A program made the position numbers and the translations under genes. Below the pieces are notes generated by a model. It was not told the origin of the DNA. It did no database searches and saw only the letters and a list, made by a program, of their open reading frames with translations. A DNA stretch of 64,000 nucleotides from Candidatus Latescibacterota bacterium. GTDB lineage: Bacteria; Latescibacterota; UBA2968; UBA8231. The stretch is taken from contig CBDAOB010000005.1 in the NCBI GenBank assembly GCA_965197905.1, positions 2,144,001 through 2,208,000 of the forward strand, in the 5' to 3' direction. Positions within the stretch are counted from its first letter, which is position 1, and every line of letters starts with the position of its first letter. Positions 40,401 to 51,220 of this stretch are shown piece by piece.

Positions 40401-41759
40401 TCAAGATTTCAGTCTCAAACGTGCGACTGCCTCGCAGTGGGGCGTTTGGGGGAACATATCGACCGGATGAACCGCGTCGCCCCGATATCCCGCCACCTCC
40501 AGATATTTCAGATCGCGCGCTAGAGAAACCGGGTTGCAGGACACGTATAGAATGGTTTCGGGATGCAGATCCACGATCGCTGCCAGCGCCCGATCGTGGA
40601 CGCCCGCCCTCGGTGGATCCGCGACGATAAGGTCAAATTGGCGTCCATTGGCCTGAAAGCCCTGTAGCACCTCTTCCGCCGGCCCCGAAATAAACTCGCA
40701 ATTGGTGACGCTGTTTCTCTCGGCGTTCTCGCGCGCATTCACCACCGCATCCTCTTCGAGCTCTACCCCGGTTACAAACCCCGCGCTTTTCGCCAGATAC
40801 AGGCTGATGGCCCCGACGCCGCAGTATAAATCCAGAACCTCCGCATCTCCGATATCGCCGGCGAGAGTTCCGATCAGGAGGTACAAATTGCCGGCTTGTA
40901 GCGGATTTGTTTGGAAAAACGACCTAGTCGAAATTTCGAAATCGAGGCCGACACAGGTCTCCACTATTGAACCCGTGCCTTTCAGGGCGTATTCACTCTG
41001 ACCAAGTGCAGCCTGTGCCTTGCCCTCATGCAAGGTAACTACGAAGGTGCTGATTTCTGGAATCTCTTCGAGCACGAGAGCCGCCAGTTGATTCACAGTT
41101 TCGTTGGGATATTCGGCAACCACCAGATTGACCAGAATCTGCTCGCTCGCCTTGGCATCACGGACCACCAGGAAGCGCAGAATCCCTTCGTGGCTGTGTA
41201 AATCGTAAATCGGAATTTCGAGATGATCCGCATGACGTCGAACAGCCCCTACGATATGATTGGAGATCTCTGATTGCAGCTTGCACGATACGACATCGAA
41301 TACTCTGTTGTACCGCCCGCGCACGTGAAGTCCCAATTGACGCCGCCCTTCGCGGTCCAATCCGAAAGAGAACTCCATTTTGTTGCGATAGAACAGATCT
41401 GTTTCACTAGCCAAGATGGGTGCGTGGGGCGTGGTTGCCGAGGCATTTGCTTCCATCGCGTCCGCTATCATTCGAGATTTCAGGTCCAGTTGATCTGCGT
41501 AAGCCAGGTCCTGCCACCTGCAGCCACCACAGACCCCGAAGTGCTGACAGCTCGGCTCCTGCCGCCGAAAACCGTGACTGTCAAAGGCGACGACCTCGGC
41601 TTCTAGGCGACCCTTTCGTTTGGTGCGTATCCGCGCGGTTACCTCGTCGCCAGGGACTGCTCCGCGGACCGCGATCTCGCGCCCTTGCAAACAGCCCAAC
41701 CCGTCGCCGGCAACGGTGATACTGTCAATCGGCAGGCGTACGATATCTCCGCGTTTCAT
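40401..41759 (-). CDS. rlmD: 23S rRNA m5U1939 methyltransferase RlmD (TrmA family)
   Basis: TRAM domain, CQHFGVCGGC Fe-S motif, YRNKMEF, SFFQTN, LDLYCGVG, DPPRAG, YVSCNP and DMFPQTPHCE. Confidence 0.92.
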   Translation of the reverse strand: MKRGDIVRLPIDSITVAGDGLGCLQGREIAVRGAVPGDEVTARIRTKRKGRLEAEVVAFDSHGFRRQEPSCQHFGVCGGCRWQDLAYADQLDLKSRMIADAMEANASATTPHAPILASETDLFYRNKMEFSFGLDREGRRQLGLHVRGRYNRVFDVVSCKLQSEISNHIVGAVRRHADHLEIPIYDLHSHEGILRFLVVRDAKASEQILVNLVVAEYPNETVNQLAALVLEEIPEISTFVVTLHEGKAQAALGQSEYALKGTGSIVETCVGLDFEISTRSFFQTNPLQAGNLYLLIGTLAGDIGDAEVLDLYCGVGAISLYLAKSAGFVTGVELEEDAVVNARENAERNSVTNCEFISGPAEEVLQGFQANGRQFDLIVADPPRAGVHDRALAAIVDLHPETILYVSCNPVSLARDLKYLEVAGYRGDAVHPVDMFPQTPHCEAVARLRLKS

Positions 41760-41771
41760 GGCTCCCACATC

Positions 41772-41803
41772 AAAAAAAGGCAGGAGGTTGGTGCCCCCTG
41801 CCT
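41772..41803 (-). terminator. Rho-independent terminator after rplQ
   Basis: Minus strand AGGCAGGGGG-caccaa-CCTCCTGCCT followed by a T run. Confidence 0.8.
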
Positions 41804-41835
41804 CACGTCTCTCGAAATGTCGAAGCTGTGGCTTG

Positions 41836-42258
41836 CTATTCCTTCGACTCTTCCTGGGTGTCGTCAGATTCGGGCGCGCTTGTTTCCGCAGCGGCGGCTG
41901 GCGTGCGGTCGACCAGCTCCAGAATGCAGAGTTCCGCCGCGTCACCACGGCGAGGTCCTAGCTTGACGATGCGCGTATAACCACCGCTCCGACTCTGATA
42001 GCGCTGCGCCAGTTCATCGAACAACTTGGACACGATCTTCTTGTTCGGAATCCGTCGCAAGACCTGGCGACGAGCGCTCAAATCGCCCTGCTTGGCAAAC
42101 GTCACCAAAGACTCGGCAAAACTTCTGAGGGCTTTCGCACGGGGTCCGGTTGTCTTGATCATTTCGTTCTCGAAAAGGGAGGCAGCCATATTTGATAGCA
42201 TAGCCTTCCGATGGCTGTGATCCCTTCCGAGCTTCGGTATGCGTTTTCCGTGGCGCAT
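41836..42258 (-). CDS. rplQ: 50S ribosomal protein L17
   Basis: MRHG...KLGR...HR.AML, GGYTRIVK...RRGD. Confidence 0.97.
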   Translation of the reverse strand: MRHGKRIPKLGRDHSHRKAMLSNMAASLFENEMIKTTGPRAKALRSFAESLVTFAKQGDLSARRQVLRRIPNKKIVSKLFDELAQRYQSRSGGYTRIVKLGPRRGDAAELCILELVDRTPAAAAETSAPESDDTQEESKE

Positions 42259-42260
42259 GG

Positions 42261-43277
42261 TTAGAATTCTTCCGCGATAGGACTCGGAATTTCCTCTACT
42301 ATTTCCACGTTTTCGTATTGGGCCAGATTCATACCCCAAGACAGATTCAGCCTATCGAGGATCTCACCGAGTTCGTTGAGCGATTTCCGACCAAAATTTC
42401 GGTATTTCAACATCTCAGATTCGCTTCGCGACACCAGATCGTGCAAATGCGTAATCCCAGCCGCACGGAGGCAGTTGGCCGAACGCACTGACAGTTCCAG
42501 TTCGTCGACGGAGGTTGCCAGCAACTTGGCGATCCTCTTCGTTTCCTCATCCACAGCTTTCTCTTCGGCCTCATCCGGCTCTTCTTCGAAGTTGATAAAG
42601 AGAGACAAGTGTTCCGTCAGGAGCTTGGCGGCCTGGGCAATCGCGTCTTCGGGATGTATGGATCCATTCGTCCATATTTGCATAGTGAGTTTGTCGTAGT
42701 CGGTCCTGCGGCCCACGCGCGCATTCTCGATATCGTAGTTGACCCTGGTTATCGGAGAGTAGTTCGTATCCAGCGGGATAGTACCGATCGGCTGCTCGGC
42801 GTTTTTGTTTTCTTCCGCGAAGAGATATCCCCGTCCGTGCCCGATCGTGAGATCCATTCTCAAAGCCGACTTATCTTCCAGCGTTGCTATATGCAGCTCC
42901 GGATTCATAACCTCTACGGCTGAATCGACGGCTAGATCCCCGGCCTTCAGTTCGCCGGGCCCCTTGAACTCGATTTTGATGTCTCGCTCTTCCGAGCCAG
43001 TATACCGCAAGGCGACCTCTTTGAGATTCAGCACCATCTCAGGGATATCCTCGCGCACCCCTTTTACTACCGTAAACTCATGTTGAACGCCTTCGATATT
43101 CAGGGATTTGATCGCTACCCCCTCGATAGCCGAGATCAAAACCCTTCGAAGCGCATGTCCCAACGTCACTCCGAATCCGCGCTCGAGCGGCTGCACTTCA
43201 AACTTGCCGTAGGTTTCGTTGAGACTATCCCGATCGACCTCAACCATCCTGGGCATCTGAAAACCGTCAAATTTCAT
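42261..43277 (-). CDS. rpoA: RNA polymerase alpha subunit
   Basis: PLERGFG.TLG.ALRR.L, ELSVRSANCL, RNFGRKSL. Confidence 0.98.
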   Translation of the reverse strand: MKFDGFQMPRMVEVDRDSLNETYGKFEVQPLERGFGVTLGHALRRVLISAIEGVAIKSLNIEGVQHEFTVVKGVREDIPEMVLNLKEVALRYTGSEERDIKIEFKGPGELKAGDLAVDSAVEVMNPELHIATLEDKSALRMDLTIGHGRGYLFAEENKNAEQPIGTIPLDTNYSPITRVNYDIENARVGRRTDYDKLTMQIWTNGSIHPEDAIAQAAKLLTEHLSLFINFEEEPDEAEEKAVDEETKRIAKLLATSVDELELSVRSANCLRAAGITHLHDLVSRSESEMLKYRNFGRKSLNELGEILDRLNLSWGMNLAQYENVEIVEEIPSPIAEEF

Positions 43278-43344
43278 TGATAAACCAGCTCCGGGTAGTG
43301 CGGGTGGAAGGCAGACCCTCGCACTTTGTGCGAGAGTTTAGACA

Positions 43345-43971
43345 TCAAACGCGCGAGTAGAACTCGATAACCAACTGCTCTTCGGCCACTGTCGGTATAT
43401 CTTCCCGATTCGGCTTTTCCATCACGCTTCCCTGAAGATTTACCTTGTCGACCGAGAGCCATGGTACGGAATCGCGCGAGCGGCGCAATGACTCGTGAAT
43501 CAATTCCAATTTTCTGCTTCTTTCGGTGACTTTGATATTGTCTCCTGGTTTCGTGCTGAATGATGGAATGTTTACGCGGCGATCGTTGACCGTGATGTGA
43601 TTGTGACGGACGAGCTGACGAGCTGCTTTTCGCGAGGGTGCGAATCCCAATCTGTAGACGACATTGTCCAGTCGGCTTTCGAGCAGACGGAGCAGATTTT
43701 CACCGCTCACGCCTGGAATCCGGGTGGCCTCTTTGTAATATCCCCTGAACTGCCGTTCCCGCATTCCATAGAGCCTTGCAAGCTGCTGCTTCGCTCGCAG
43801 CTGAACGCTGTAGTCAGACTGCTTACGGCGCATGCCCTGCCCATGTTGCCCCGGGGCATAACTGCGGCGTTCAAACGAACATTTCTCCAAGCCGCAACGC
43901 TCCCCCTTCAAAAAGAGCTTTGTCCCCTCACGGCGACAGAAGCGGCAATTTGCTCCAACGTACCTACTCAT
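43345..43971 (-). CDS. rpsD: 30S ribosomal protein S4 (Zn-binding type)
   Basis: CRFCRREG.KLFLKGERC...KC, LESRLDNVVYRLG, EFYSR. Confidence 0.98.
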   Translation of the reverse strand: MSRYVGANCRFCRREGTKLFLKGERCGLEKCSFERRSYAPGQHGQGMRRKQSDYSVQLRAKQQLARLYGMRERQFRGYYKEATRIPGVSGENLLRLLESRLDNVVYRLGFAPSRKAARQLVRHNHITVNDRRVNIPSFSTKPGDNIKVTERSRKLELIHESLRRSRDSVPWLSVDKVNLQGSVMEKPNREDIPTVAEEQLVIEFYSRV

Positions 43972-43986
43972 ATCGTTTTTCCTTGC

Positions 43987-44379
43987 TTATACCCTGCGGC
44001 GCTTGGGCGGCCTACACCCGTTGTGGGGAATCGGAGTAACATCCCTGATCGCGGAAATCTCCAGTCCCGTATTCTGCAGGGCGCGAATGGCTGATTCTCT
44101 TCCCGAGCCGGGTCCCTTGACCCAGACCTCCACCCGACGCAAGCCCATTGCAACCGCCTCCTCAGCGGCTTTGCCAGCGGCCAGCTGACCTGCAAACGGG
44201 GTAGACTTCCGACTTCCGGTTATGCCCATTTTCCCAGGTGTGGCCCACGATATCACATTGCCTTCCCGATCGGTCAGGGTGACGATCGTATTGTTGAAAG
44301 TCGCCAGAATATGTGCGACTCCCAGCGCTTCAACCTGCTTCGACTTCTTTCTTCTACGTCGGGATCTCTCCGGGGGCAC
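43987..44379 (-). CDS. rpsK: 30S ribosomal protein S11
   Basis: [39 protein letters not shown]. Confidence 0.97.
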   Translation of the reverse strand: MPPERSRRRRKKSKQVEALGVAHILATFNNTIVTLTDREGNVISWATPGKMGITGSRKSTPFAGQLAAGKAAEEAVAMGLRRVEVWVKGPGSGRESAIRALQNTGLEISAIRDVTPIPHNGCRPPKRRRV

Positions 44380-44414
44380 TGGGATGTTCCTTTCTGCTTG
44401 AAGCCTTGGCCCGC

Positions 44415-44795
44415 CTAGGCCTGTGGCGCTTTCTTCTTACCGGCAACAGGTCGCTGGGGACCCTTGCGCGTGCGCGCATTGGTTTTGGTTCGCTGGCCTC
44501 TCGAGGGGAGGCCTCGTCGATGACGCAACCCGCGGTAGCTCCCAATATCCATCAGGCGCTTGATGTTCATGTTGACTTCCCCGCGGAGACTCCCCTCGAT
44601 CTTGTAGCTGGCTTCGATAACGGTGCGGAGCTGGTTCAACTCCTGTTCGTTGAGTGCGTTCACTCGGGTCTGGGGATCGACTCCGGCTTGCTCGAGTATC
44701 TTCCCGGCAGACTTCACCCCGATCCCAAAAATGGCTGTTAGGCCAACTGCGATTCTCCTGTCCCGTGGCAGATCTACACCTGCAATACGCGCCAA
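44415..44795 (-). CDS. rpsM: 30S ribosomal protein S13
   Basis: [34 protein letters not shown]. Confidence 0.98.
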   Translation of the reverse strand: MARIAGVDLPRDRRIAVGLTAIFGIGVKSAGKILEQAGVDPQTRVNALNEQELNQLRTVIEASYKIEGSLRGEVNMNIKRLMDIGSYRGLRHRRGLPSRGQRTKTNARTRKGPQRPVAGKKKAPQA

Positions 44796-44810
44796 ATCGC
44801 TAGCTCCTCT

Positions 44811-44927
44811 TTATCCTTGTCGCTGTTTATGTCTGGGGTTTCGCTTGCAGATCACCCGCACTACTCCGTGCCGACGAATGATCTTGCACTCTGAACACCT
44901 CTTGCTTACTGACGCTCGCACCTTCAT
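44811..44927 (-). CDS. rpmJ: 50S ribosomal protein L36
   Basis: Manual translation [47 protein letters not shown]. Confidence 0.97.
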   Translation of the reverse strand: MKVRASVSKRCSECKIIRRHGVVRVICKRNPRHKQRQG

Positions 44928-44955
44928 TGCAGCACTCCTCGAAAACAACGCGCCG

Positions 44956-46293
44956 TTAACTTCGGCGACCTTGTATCTTACCCTTCTTCATGAAACCTTC
45001 GTAATGCCTGGTCATTAGCTGGGACTCGACCTGTTGCAAGGTGTCGAGCGCCACACCGACAATAATGAGCAGACCGGTACCTCCGAAGAACTGGGCAAAT
45101 GACGGAGCCACCTTGAACTGCTGGGTCACGAAAAACGGAAATATGGCCACAGCTGCCAAAGCGACTGCCCCCGGCAGCGTAACGCGAGTCATGATCCTGT
45201 CGATGTGTTCGCTCGTCCGCTTTCCGGGGCGTACGCCCGGAATGAAACCGCCATGTTTTTTCATGTTGTCGGAAAGTTGATTCGGATCCATAACGATCGC
45301 CGTGTAAAAATAGCAGAAGAAGACGATCATCGTCCCGTACACGAACCAGTAAAACAAGGACTCGGTTGAAAAGTAGGTCCCAATCGCCTCCATCACCCGG
45401 CTGTCGGGAAACATCTGCGTAACCGTTCCCGGAAGAAACATAATGGATTGGGCGAAAATTATCGGAATGACACCAGCAGTGTTGATCCGTAAGGGGATAT
45501 GGGTGGTCTGGCCACCGTAGACTCGACGCCCGACGACCCGTTTCGCGTATTGGACCGGTATTCTACGCTGTCCCTGAGTGAGCAGAATAACAAACGCAAC
45601 TACGGCAAACATCAAAGCGATCAGGAATAACTCTTCGATGATATTCTTGCCGGCCCCACGATTGATCATGTAGTGGGACCACTCGCTTTTTAAGGCAAAA
45701 GGCAGTTCCGCAATGATCCCAATAAAAATTATCAATGATATCCCATTGCCGATCCCGTATTCCGTGATCTGCTCTCCGAGCCACATGATGAAAATCGTGC
45801 CGGTGGTAATCGTCAAAACAGTCGCCAAGGTAAATGCGAGGCCCGGCTCAGGGACGGCCGGCAAACCCGAGGCCGGGCCGCGGATACTCGCCAGGAAATA
45901 GCTCACGCCGAAGGCCTGACCGGCCGCGAGTGCAACAGTACCATAACGGGTGAACTGGGTGATCTTCTTGCGACCCTCTTCGCCCTCGCGTTGTAGCTTC
46001 TGGAAATACGGGATTACCGCGCCGAGGAGCTGCAATATGATAGAGGCGCTGATATACGGCATTATCCCCAATGCAAAGATGGTTCCGCGCGTAAACGCCC
46101 CACCCACAAACATGTCGTACAGGCCGAACAAGGTGTTGCCGGAACCGGCGAAGAATTCCTGCAGAACTCGAAGATCGATCCCGGGCGCCGTGATCTGACC
46201 ACCGATTCGGTAGACTACCAACAAAGCCACGGTGATGAGGATCTTCTTCCGCAGATCGGGGATCTTGAAACAGTTTCGGAAACTTTCAATCAC
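44956..46293 (-). CDS. secY: Preprotein translocase SecY
   Basis: [50 protein letters not shown]. Confidence 0.98.
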   Translation of the reverse strand: MIESFRNCFKIPDLRKKILITVALLVVYRIGGQITAPGIDLRVLQEFFAGSGNTLFGLYDMFVGGAFTRGTIFALGIMPYISASIILQLLGAVIPYFQKLQREGEEGRKKITQFTRYGTVALAAGQAFGVSYFLASIRGPASGLPAVPEPGLAFTLATVLTITTGTIFIMWLGEQITEYGIGNGISLIIFIGIIAELPFALKSEWSHYMINRGAGKNIIEELFLIALMFAVVAFVILLTQGQRRIPVQYAKRVVGRRVYGGQTTHIPLRINTAGVIPIIFAQSIMFLPGTVTQMFPDSRVMEAIGTYFSTESLFYWFVYGTMIVFFCYFYTAIVMDPNQLSDNMKKHGGFIPGVRPGKRTSEHIDRIMTRVTLPGAVALAAVAIFPFFVTQQFKVAPSFAQFFGGTGLLIIVGVALDTLQQVESQLMTRHYEGFMKKGKIQGRRS

Positions 46294-46762
46294 GCTTGAT
46301 CACCTCGGCGCTACCCCCTGACGCTATTATCTTATCGGTGGCACTCTTGGAAAACTTGTGGGCGCGAACGACCAGGGCCTTACTGAGATCGCCTTCTCCT
46401 AGGACCTTTATCGGCATTGAGCCACGTATCGGCATTGAGCCACGCCGAACCAGGCGCTTCTCCCTCATCTCCACCGGCCCCACATCGCCATTCCACTCAA
46501 TCGCCTCGATAGCAGCAAGATTGACGACTTGATATTCATTCTTGAACTGCTTGTTCGAAAATCCAACCTTCGGAATGTGCCGGAAAAGCGGCAGCTGCCC
46601 ACCGGAGAATCCGGTCCGACGGCCACGTTTGGCACCGGAACGCGCCCGTTGACCTTTGTGTCCCTTGCCCGACGTTTTGCCGGTTCCGGAGCCGATACCC
46701 AGACCGAGGCGTTTCGTTTGGCGGCGGAACCGCATTGGCAAGTTTAGTTCGTTGAGATCCAT
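46286..46762 (-). CDS. rplO: 50S ribosomal protein L15
   Basis: GSGTGKTSGKGHKGQRARSG, GGQLPL, KVLGEG, FSKSA..KI...GG. Confidence 0.97.
   Translation of the reverse strand: MDLNELNLPMRFRRQTKRLGLGIGSGTGKTSGKGHKGQRARSGAKRGRRTGFSGGQLPLFRHIPKVGFSNKQFKNEYQVVNLAAIEAIEWNGDVGPVEMREKRLVRRGSMPIRGSMPIKVLGEGDLSKALVVRAHKFSKSATDKIIASGGSAEVIKRD
46409..46444. repeat. Perfect 18-bp in-frame tandem duplication inside rplO
   Basis: TATCGGCATTGAGCCACG x2, encoding RGSMPI-RGSMPI. Confidence 0.9.
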
Positions 46763-46783
46763 GTTCCTTACGTGGGCGGAAGC

Positions 46784-46966
46784 CTATGAGTCTATCTCTT
46801 CCACCTCCAAAAGGTGTTCAACCTTGCTAATCATTCCGCGAATCTGGGGCGAATCTTCGTGTACGACTCGATGATTCAGTCGTTTAATACCCAGCGCTTC
46901 AATGGTGTCTTTTTGATCTCGTGCGCGCCCGATCGCGCTTCTTCTCTGTACGATGGCAAACTTCAT
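46784..46966 (-). CDS. rpmD: 50S ribosomal protein L30
   Basis: RS.IGR...QK.T.EALG.KR....V.H.D.P.IRGM..KV.HL. Confidence 0.95.
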   Translation of the reverse strand: MKFAIVQRRSAIGRARDQKDTIEALGIKRLNHRVVHEDSPQIRGMISKVEHLLEVEEIDS

Positions 46967-46976
46967 GGCTACACCA

Positions 46977-47486
46977 TCAACCCCGCAAGGTCGAAATCTG
47001 AACACCGCGCTCGCTGGCCACCATCTCCGCGTCGCGCATCTCGCCCAGTGCCACAACGGTGGCCTTCACGACGTTCTGGGTGTTGTTGGAGCCGAGGGAT
47101 TTCGTGAGAATATCGTGCACCCCGGCTAGTTCGAGAACTATGCGTACGCCGCCACTGGCGATAACCCCGGTTCCGGGAGAGGCAGGTTTGAACAGAACTT
47201 TTGCGGCACTGAATTTGCCAATCGATTCATGAGGAATCGTCCCGTTGACGACGGGCACCGAGACGATGGACTTTTTGGCCGCCTCCGTGGCCTTGCGAAT
47301 CGCCTCCGATATCTCACCGGCCTTACCGGCGCCCACACCTACGTGTCCGGCTCGATCGCCTACGACGACGAGAGCATTGAAGCTGAACCGACGTCCGCCC
47401 TTGCGAACATGGGACACTCTCTTGATGCTATTCTGCACCACTACTTCACTGAGTTCCAAATCGTTTGGATTTATTCTGTCAGCCAC
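46977..47486 (-). CDS. rpsE: 30S ribosomal protein S5
   Basis: [32 protein letters not shown]. Confidence 0.97.
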   Translation of the reverse strand: MADRINPNDLELSEVVVQNSIKRVSHVRKGGRRFSFNALVVVGDRAGHVGVGAGKAGEISEAIRKATEAAKKSIVSVPVVNGTIPHESIGKFSAAKVLFKPASPGTGVIASGGVRIVLELAGVHDILTKSLGSNNTQNVVKATVVALGEMRDAEMVASERGVQISTLRG

Positions 47487-47497
47487 CTATCACTCCC

Positions 47498-47872
47498 TTA
47501 GACCTGTAGTCCTCCTTCGCGCGCACCATCTGCTACAGCTTTGACCACACCGTGGTACAGGAAACCGCCGCGATCGAACACGACCTTGTCGATGCCCTGT
47601 TCCTTTGCCCTGGCAGCCAGCATCTTTCCCATTTCCCGCCCTTGAGCAACACGACTCTCAAATTTGACCTCGCGAATTTCCGCAGATCTCGTCGAAAGCC
47701 CCGTTAGAGATCTCCCCGTCGCATCGTCGATGATCTGCGCTTCGATATTTCGCAGCCCCCGAAAGACGACGAGTCGAGGCCTGTCGGCAGTGCCCGAAAC
47801 CTTCTTTCGCGTCCGATGACGACGACGAGCCTTTGCCTTCGATTTGCTAAGTGTTTGAAGTCTCGTTGCCAA
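47498..47872 (-). CDS. rplR: 50S ribosomal protein L18
   Basis: RPRLVVFR, VVFDRGGFLYHG.VKA.ADGARE.GL. Confidence 0.97.
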   Translation of the reverse strand: MATRLQTLSKSKAKARRRHRTRKKVSGTADRPRLVVFRGLRNIEAQIIDDATGRSLTGLSTRSAEIREVKFESRVAQGREMGKMLAARAKEQGIDKVVFDRGGFLYHGVVKAVADGAREGGLQV

Positions 47873-48430
47873 TTATGCTACCGCCGATTTCCCTGCTTTA
47901 AAATGAATAATCTCGTCTTGATAGCGGATCCCCTTCCCCTTGTACGGTTCCGGTTTACGCTTGAAGCGGATATCCGCGGCCACCTGGCCCACTTTTTGTT
48001 TGTCGATCCCGCTCACTACGATCCGCGCTTGAGCACCACCCTGCGGATCTTCGGTCGTAATCTCTATTCCTTCGGGCGCTTCATAGACGACAGAGTGAGA
48101 GTACCCGATTTCAAGAGTGAGCTTCCTGCCTTGGACATCGGCCCTGAAGCCGACACCGTATACATCCAAACGCTTTTGGAACCCGCTCGTGACGCCGGCA
48201 ACAGCGTTGGCAACGAGAGACCTTATCAGACCGTGAAGCGATCGGGTGATCTTCGATTCGTTTCGCCGATTGACCTGAACAGTCCCCTCGTTTACCTCGA
48301 CGGAGATCCGCGACGGGTCGAACGAAACTGCGAGATTCCCTTTGGGCCCCTTCACACTCAACGATCCGGCACTAAGAGATGCCTCGACCCCTCCCGGCAA
48401 CAAAACTGGTTGAATTCCAACTCGAGACAC
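47873..48430 (-). CDS. rplF: 50S ribosomal protein L6
   Basis: SRVG..P, VKGPKG, GIDKQ.VGQ.AA.IR..R.PEPYKGKGIRY. Confidence 0.98.
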   Translation of the reverse strand: MSRVGIQPVLLPGGVEASLSAGSLSVKGPKGNLAVSFDPSRISVEVNEGTVQVNRRNESKITRSLHGLIRSLVANAVAGVTSGFQKRLDVYGVGFRADVQGRKLTLEIGYSHSVVYEAPEGIEITTEDPQGGAQARIVVSGIDKQKVGQVAADIRFKRKPEPYKGKGIRYQDEIIHFKAGKSAVA

Positions 48431-48445
48431 CGGTATTGCTCCTGC

Positions 48446-48844
48446 TCACCAAACCTTGCAAAGGACTTCGCCACCAACTCCGGCAGCTCGCGCCTCGCGG
48501 TCGGTCATGACTCCCTTCGACGTCGTAACGATCGCGATCCCTAACCCGCGCAATACTCTTGGGACACTCGTCTTGGCGGAGTATTGACGGAGGCCGGGTT
48601 TGCTTACACGCTCCAAACCCCTGATGATGTTCTTATTTTCCGCATCGTACCTGAGATAAAGTCTCAGCATTCCCTGCTTGCTGTCTTCGATGTAGGCGAA
48701 ATTGTCGATAAACCTATTTTCGGCGAGAACACGGGCGATCTCCCGCTTCAGCTTGGAAGCGGGAACATCGACCCTTTTGTGGCTTGCGCTTGATGCGTTG
48801 CGAATGCGGGTCAGCATGTCGGCGATTGGATCAGTCATTCCCAT
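48446..48844 (-). CDS. rpsH: 30S ribosomal protein S8
   Basis: [30 protein letters not shown]. Confidence 0.98.
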   Translation of the reverse strand: MGMTDPIADMLTRIRNASSASHKRVDVPASKLKREIARVLAENRFIDNFAYIEDSKQGMLRLYLRYDAENKNIIRGLERVSKPGLRQYSAKTSVPRVLRGLGIAIVTTSKGVMTDREARAAGVGGEVLCKVW

Positions 48845-48856
48845 CGTCAGAATCTC

Positions 48857-49042
48857 CTACCAGCTGGCCTTTGTCACTCCGGGGATTTCTCCCCGCAGTG
48901 CCAATGTGCGAAAGCAGATTCGGCACAGACCAAACTTTCGGTATACAGCCCTCGCTCTGCCGCAGTTGTGACACCGGGTATACTTCCGCACCTGATACTT
49001 CGGCTCCCTACCCGCTTTTATCAACAGACACTTCCTGGCCAT
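48857..49042 (-). CDS. rpsN: 30S ribosomal protein S14 type Z
   Basis: 61 aa; RCHNCGR....[11 protein letters not shown]...[11 protein letters not shown]. Confidence 0.97.
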   Translation of the reverse strand: MARKCLLIKAGREPKYQVRKYTRCHNCGRARAVYRKFGLCRICFRTLALRGEIPGVTKASW

Positions 49043-49055
49043 CGATTCGCTCCGT

Positions 49056-49598
49056 CTAGGTACCGAATGGGACGCCGAAGAAGCGAAGCAATTCGATCGC
49101 CTCATCGTCCGTATCGGCTGATGTAACCATGGTTATGTTCATTCCCCGAACTCGGTCTATTTTGTCGTAATCCATCTCCGGAAAGATGATCTGCTCCTTT
49201 ACGCCCATGTTGAAGTTTCCTCGTCCGTCGAAACTCTTCCTCGACAGCCCGCGGAAATCGCGCACCTGGGGCAGTGCAAAATGGATCAGACGATCAAGGA
49301 AATCGTACATACGCTTTCGGCGCAGAGTTACGGAGCAACCGACCACCATGCCCTCGCGAATCTTGAAATTCGAAATTGCCTTCTTCGCCTTCCTGGGCGC
49401 CGGCTGCTGTCCGGTGATTGCCTTCAGATCGGCGAAAGCACCATCAACAAGCTTCGAATCCTGCGAGGCTTCACCAACACCGATGTTAACGACAATCTTC
49501 TGCAGTCGAGGCACCTGCATCGGGTTGGTATAACCAAATTTCTCGATCATGGCAGGCATGATCTCAGTTGCGAATCGCTCGTGTGTGCCAGAAGCCAT
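49056..49598 (-). CDS. rplE: 50S ribosomal protein L5
   Basis: VPRL.KIVVN.GVG, ITGQ, RDFRG, FDGRGN, EQIIFPE. Confidence 0.98.
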   Translation of the reverse strand: MASGTHERFATEIMPAMIEKFGYTNPMQVPRLQKIVVNIGVGEASQDSKLVDGAFADLKAITGQQPAPRKAKKAISNFKIREGMVVGCSVTLRRKRMYDFLDRLIHFALPQVRDFRGLSRKSFDGRGNFNMGVKEQIIFPEMDYDKIDRVRGMNITMVTSADTDDEAIELLRFFGVPFGT

Positions 49599-49602
49599 AA
49601 GA

Positions 49603-49920
49603 TTATCGCGAATCGATCATCTCGCCACTTCGCGCAGAAGTGCGAACGTATTTGCCGGTTTCCAGCTGCTTCTTGCGAATCCTCGTGGGCTGATCGGTGT
49701 CGCTGCACACCACCATGAGATTCGAAATATGAATCGGAGCTTCCCGCTCTATGATTCCCCCCTGGGGGTCTCTTCGGGTTGGCCTCGTGTGCCGCTTCAT
49801 CATCCGCACCCCTTCGACAATGGCTCGCTCGTTCCCTTTGACGATGCTCAGAACGCGGCCCCGTTTTCCCCTCTCGTTGCCACTGACCACTTGAACTATG
49901 TCGCCCTTGCGGATATTCAT
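49603..49920 (-). CDS. rplX: 50S ribosomal protein L24
   Basis: [27 protein letters not shown]. Confidence 0.97.
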   Translation of the reverse strand: MNIRKGDIVQVVSGNERGKRGRVLSIVKGNERAIVEGVRMMKRHTRPTRRDPQGGIIEREAPIHISNLMVVCSDTDQPTRIRKKQLETGKYVRTSARSGEMIDSR

Positions 49921-49927
49921 TACGCTC

Positions 49928-50296
49928 TTATACGACCTCTGGGGCCAGCGACACAATGCGCATAAACTGCCGATCTCTCAGTTCGCGGGCGACCGGACCA
50001 AAGATTCGGGTCCCGCGAGGCTCTTTGTCCTCGTTGATCAAAACTGCGGCATTTTCGTCGAATCGGATGTAGGACCCGTCAGCCCGCCGGTACTCTTTCT
50101 TGGCTCGAACGACTACGGCCCTGGCGACCTCGCCCTCTTTAATAGGACCATTGGGAATGACATCGTAGAGCGACACGACAATAGTGTCACCAACGGTCGC
50201 GTACCGCTTTCTCGAGCCACCCAAAACCCGTATGCAACGCGCCCTCCGCGCACCGGCGTTGTCCGCCATTTTTACAACCGTATATTCGCGAATCAC
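49928..50296 (-). CDS. rplN: 50S ribosomal protein L14
   Basis: [40 protein letters not shown]. Confidence 0.98.
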   Translation of the reverse strand: MIREYTVVKMADNAGARRARCIRVLGGSRKRYATVGDTIVVSLYDVIPNGPIKEGEVARAVVVRAKKEYRRADGSYIRFDENAAVLINEDKEPRGTRIFGPVARELRDRQFMRIVSLAPEVV

Positions 50297-50315
50297 CGCT
50301 CAACCCCTCTCCGCC

Positions 50316-50567
50316 TCAGAGAACTTCCACGACACGCCACCGCTTCCGCTTGCTGAGCGGTCGGCACTCTTCGATGCGGACGATATCGCCCACACTTGAC
50401 AATTCCCCTTCGTCGTGGGCGACGAACTTTGCGGTCCGTCGTATCACACGGCCGTACAGCTTGTGCAGAATACGCTGTTCGATTGCGATAACACGGGTTT
50501 TAGCGTTGTTTGCGGTGACGACCGTGCCCTCGGTTCTTCGACGGACCGAGCTATGTGCCTCTGCCAA
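50316..50567 (-). CDS. rpsQ: 30S ribosomal protein S17
   Basis: [24 protein letters not shown]. Confidence 0.96.
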   Translation of the reverse strand: MAEAHSSVRRRTEGTVVTANNAKTRVIAIEQRILHKLYGRVIRRTAKFVAHDEGELSSVGDIVRIEECRPLSKRKRWRVVEVL

Positions 50568-50569
50568 GT

Positions 50570-50788
50570 CTAACCCTCTCCTCCGGGCAATGGCCTTACA
50601 CCCGATTTGTGTTCCTGAAGTACGGTGTTAACCCGCGCGATGTCCCGTCGCACCTGCCGCAGCCGCACGGGACTCGTCAACTGACTGGATGCGTGTTGAA
50701 AGCGGAGATTGAAGCCTTCCTCCTGAAGTTCCTCCAGTCGTGCAGTCACTTCCTCAAGACTCATTTCGCGAAACTCGCTCGCCTTCAT
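50570..50788 (-). CDS. rpmC: 50S ribosomal protein L29
   Basis: MKASE.R, FNLRFQ, RRDIAR..T; start overlaps the rplP stop. Confidence 0.95.
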   Translation of the reverse strand: MKASEFREMSLEEVTARLEELQEEGFNLRFQHASSQLTSPVRLRQVRRDIARVNTVLQEHKSGVRPLPGGEG

Positions 50789-51201
50789 GTCGCGGCAACT
50801 CTTTGTACGAACTTCATTTTTATCGGCAACTTGTGGCCTGCCCGCCGGAACGCTTCTTTGGCCATATCCTCCGTTACGCCCGCCAATTCGAAAACCACCC
50901 TTCCCGGCTTGACCACGGCAACCCAACCCTCCGGTGCCCCTTTTCCCTTCCCCATGCGGGTCTCCGCGGGCTTTTTCGTAATCGGCTTATCGGGGAAAAC
51001 GCGAATCCAGAGTTTTCCGGTGCGGCTGATGTAGCGACTTACGGCGATTCTGGCTGCTTCAATCTGGCTGCTCGATATCCAACCTGGCTCCAACGCCTTC
51101 AAGCCGAATTCACCAAAGGAGACCATCTCTCCACCTTTCGCCTGCCCCCGCATCCGGCCGCGAGACTGCTTTCTCCACTTCGACGTTTTTGGCATTAACA
51201 T
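50785..51201 (-). CDS. rplP: 50S ribosomal protein L16
   Basis: [32 protein letters not shown]. Confidence 0.98.
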   Translation of the reverse strand: MLMPKTSKWRKQSRGRMRGQAKGGEMVSFGEFGLKALEPGWISSSQIEAARIAVSRYISRTGKLWIRVFPDKPITKKPAETRMGKGKGAPEGWVAVVKPGRVVFELAGVTEDMAKEAFRRAGHKLPIKMKFVQRVAAT

Positions 51202-51220
51202 GGTTGGTACTTCCTAAAAA

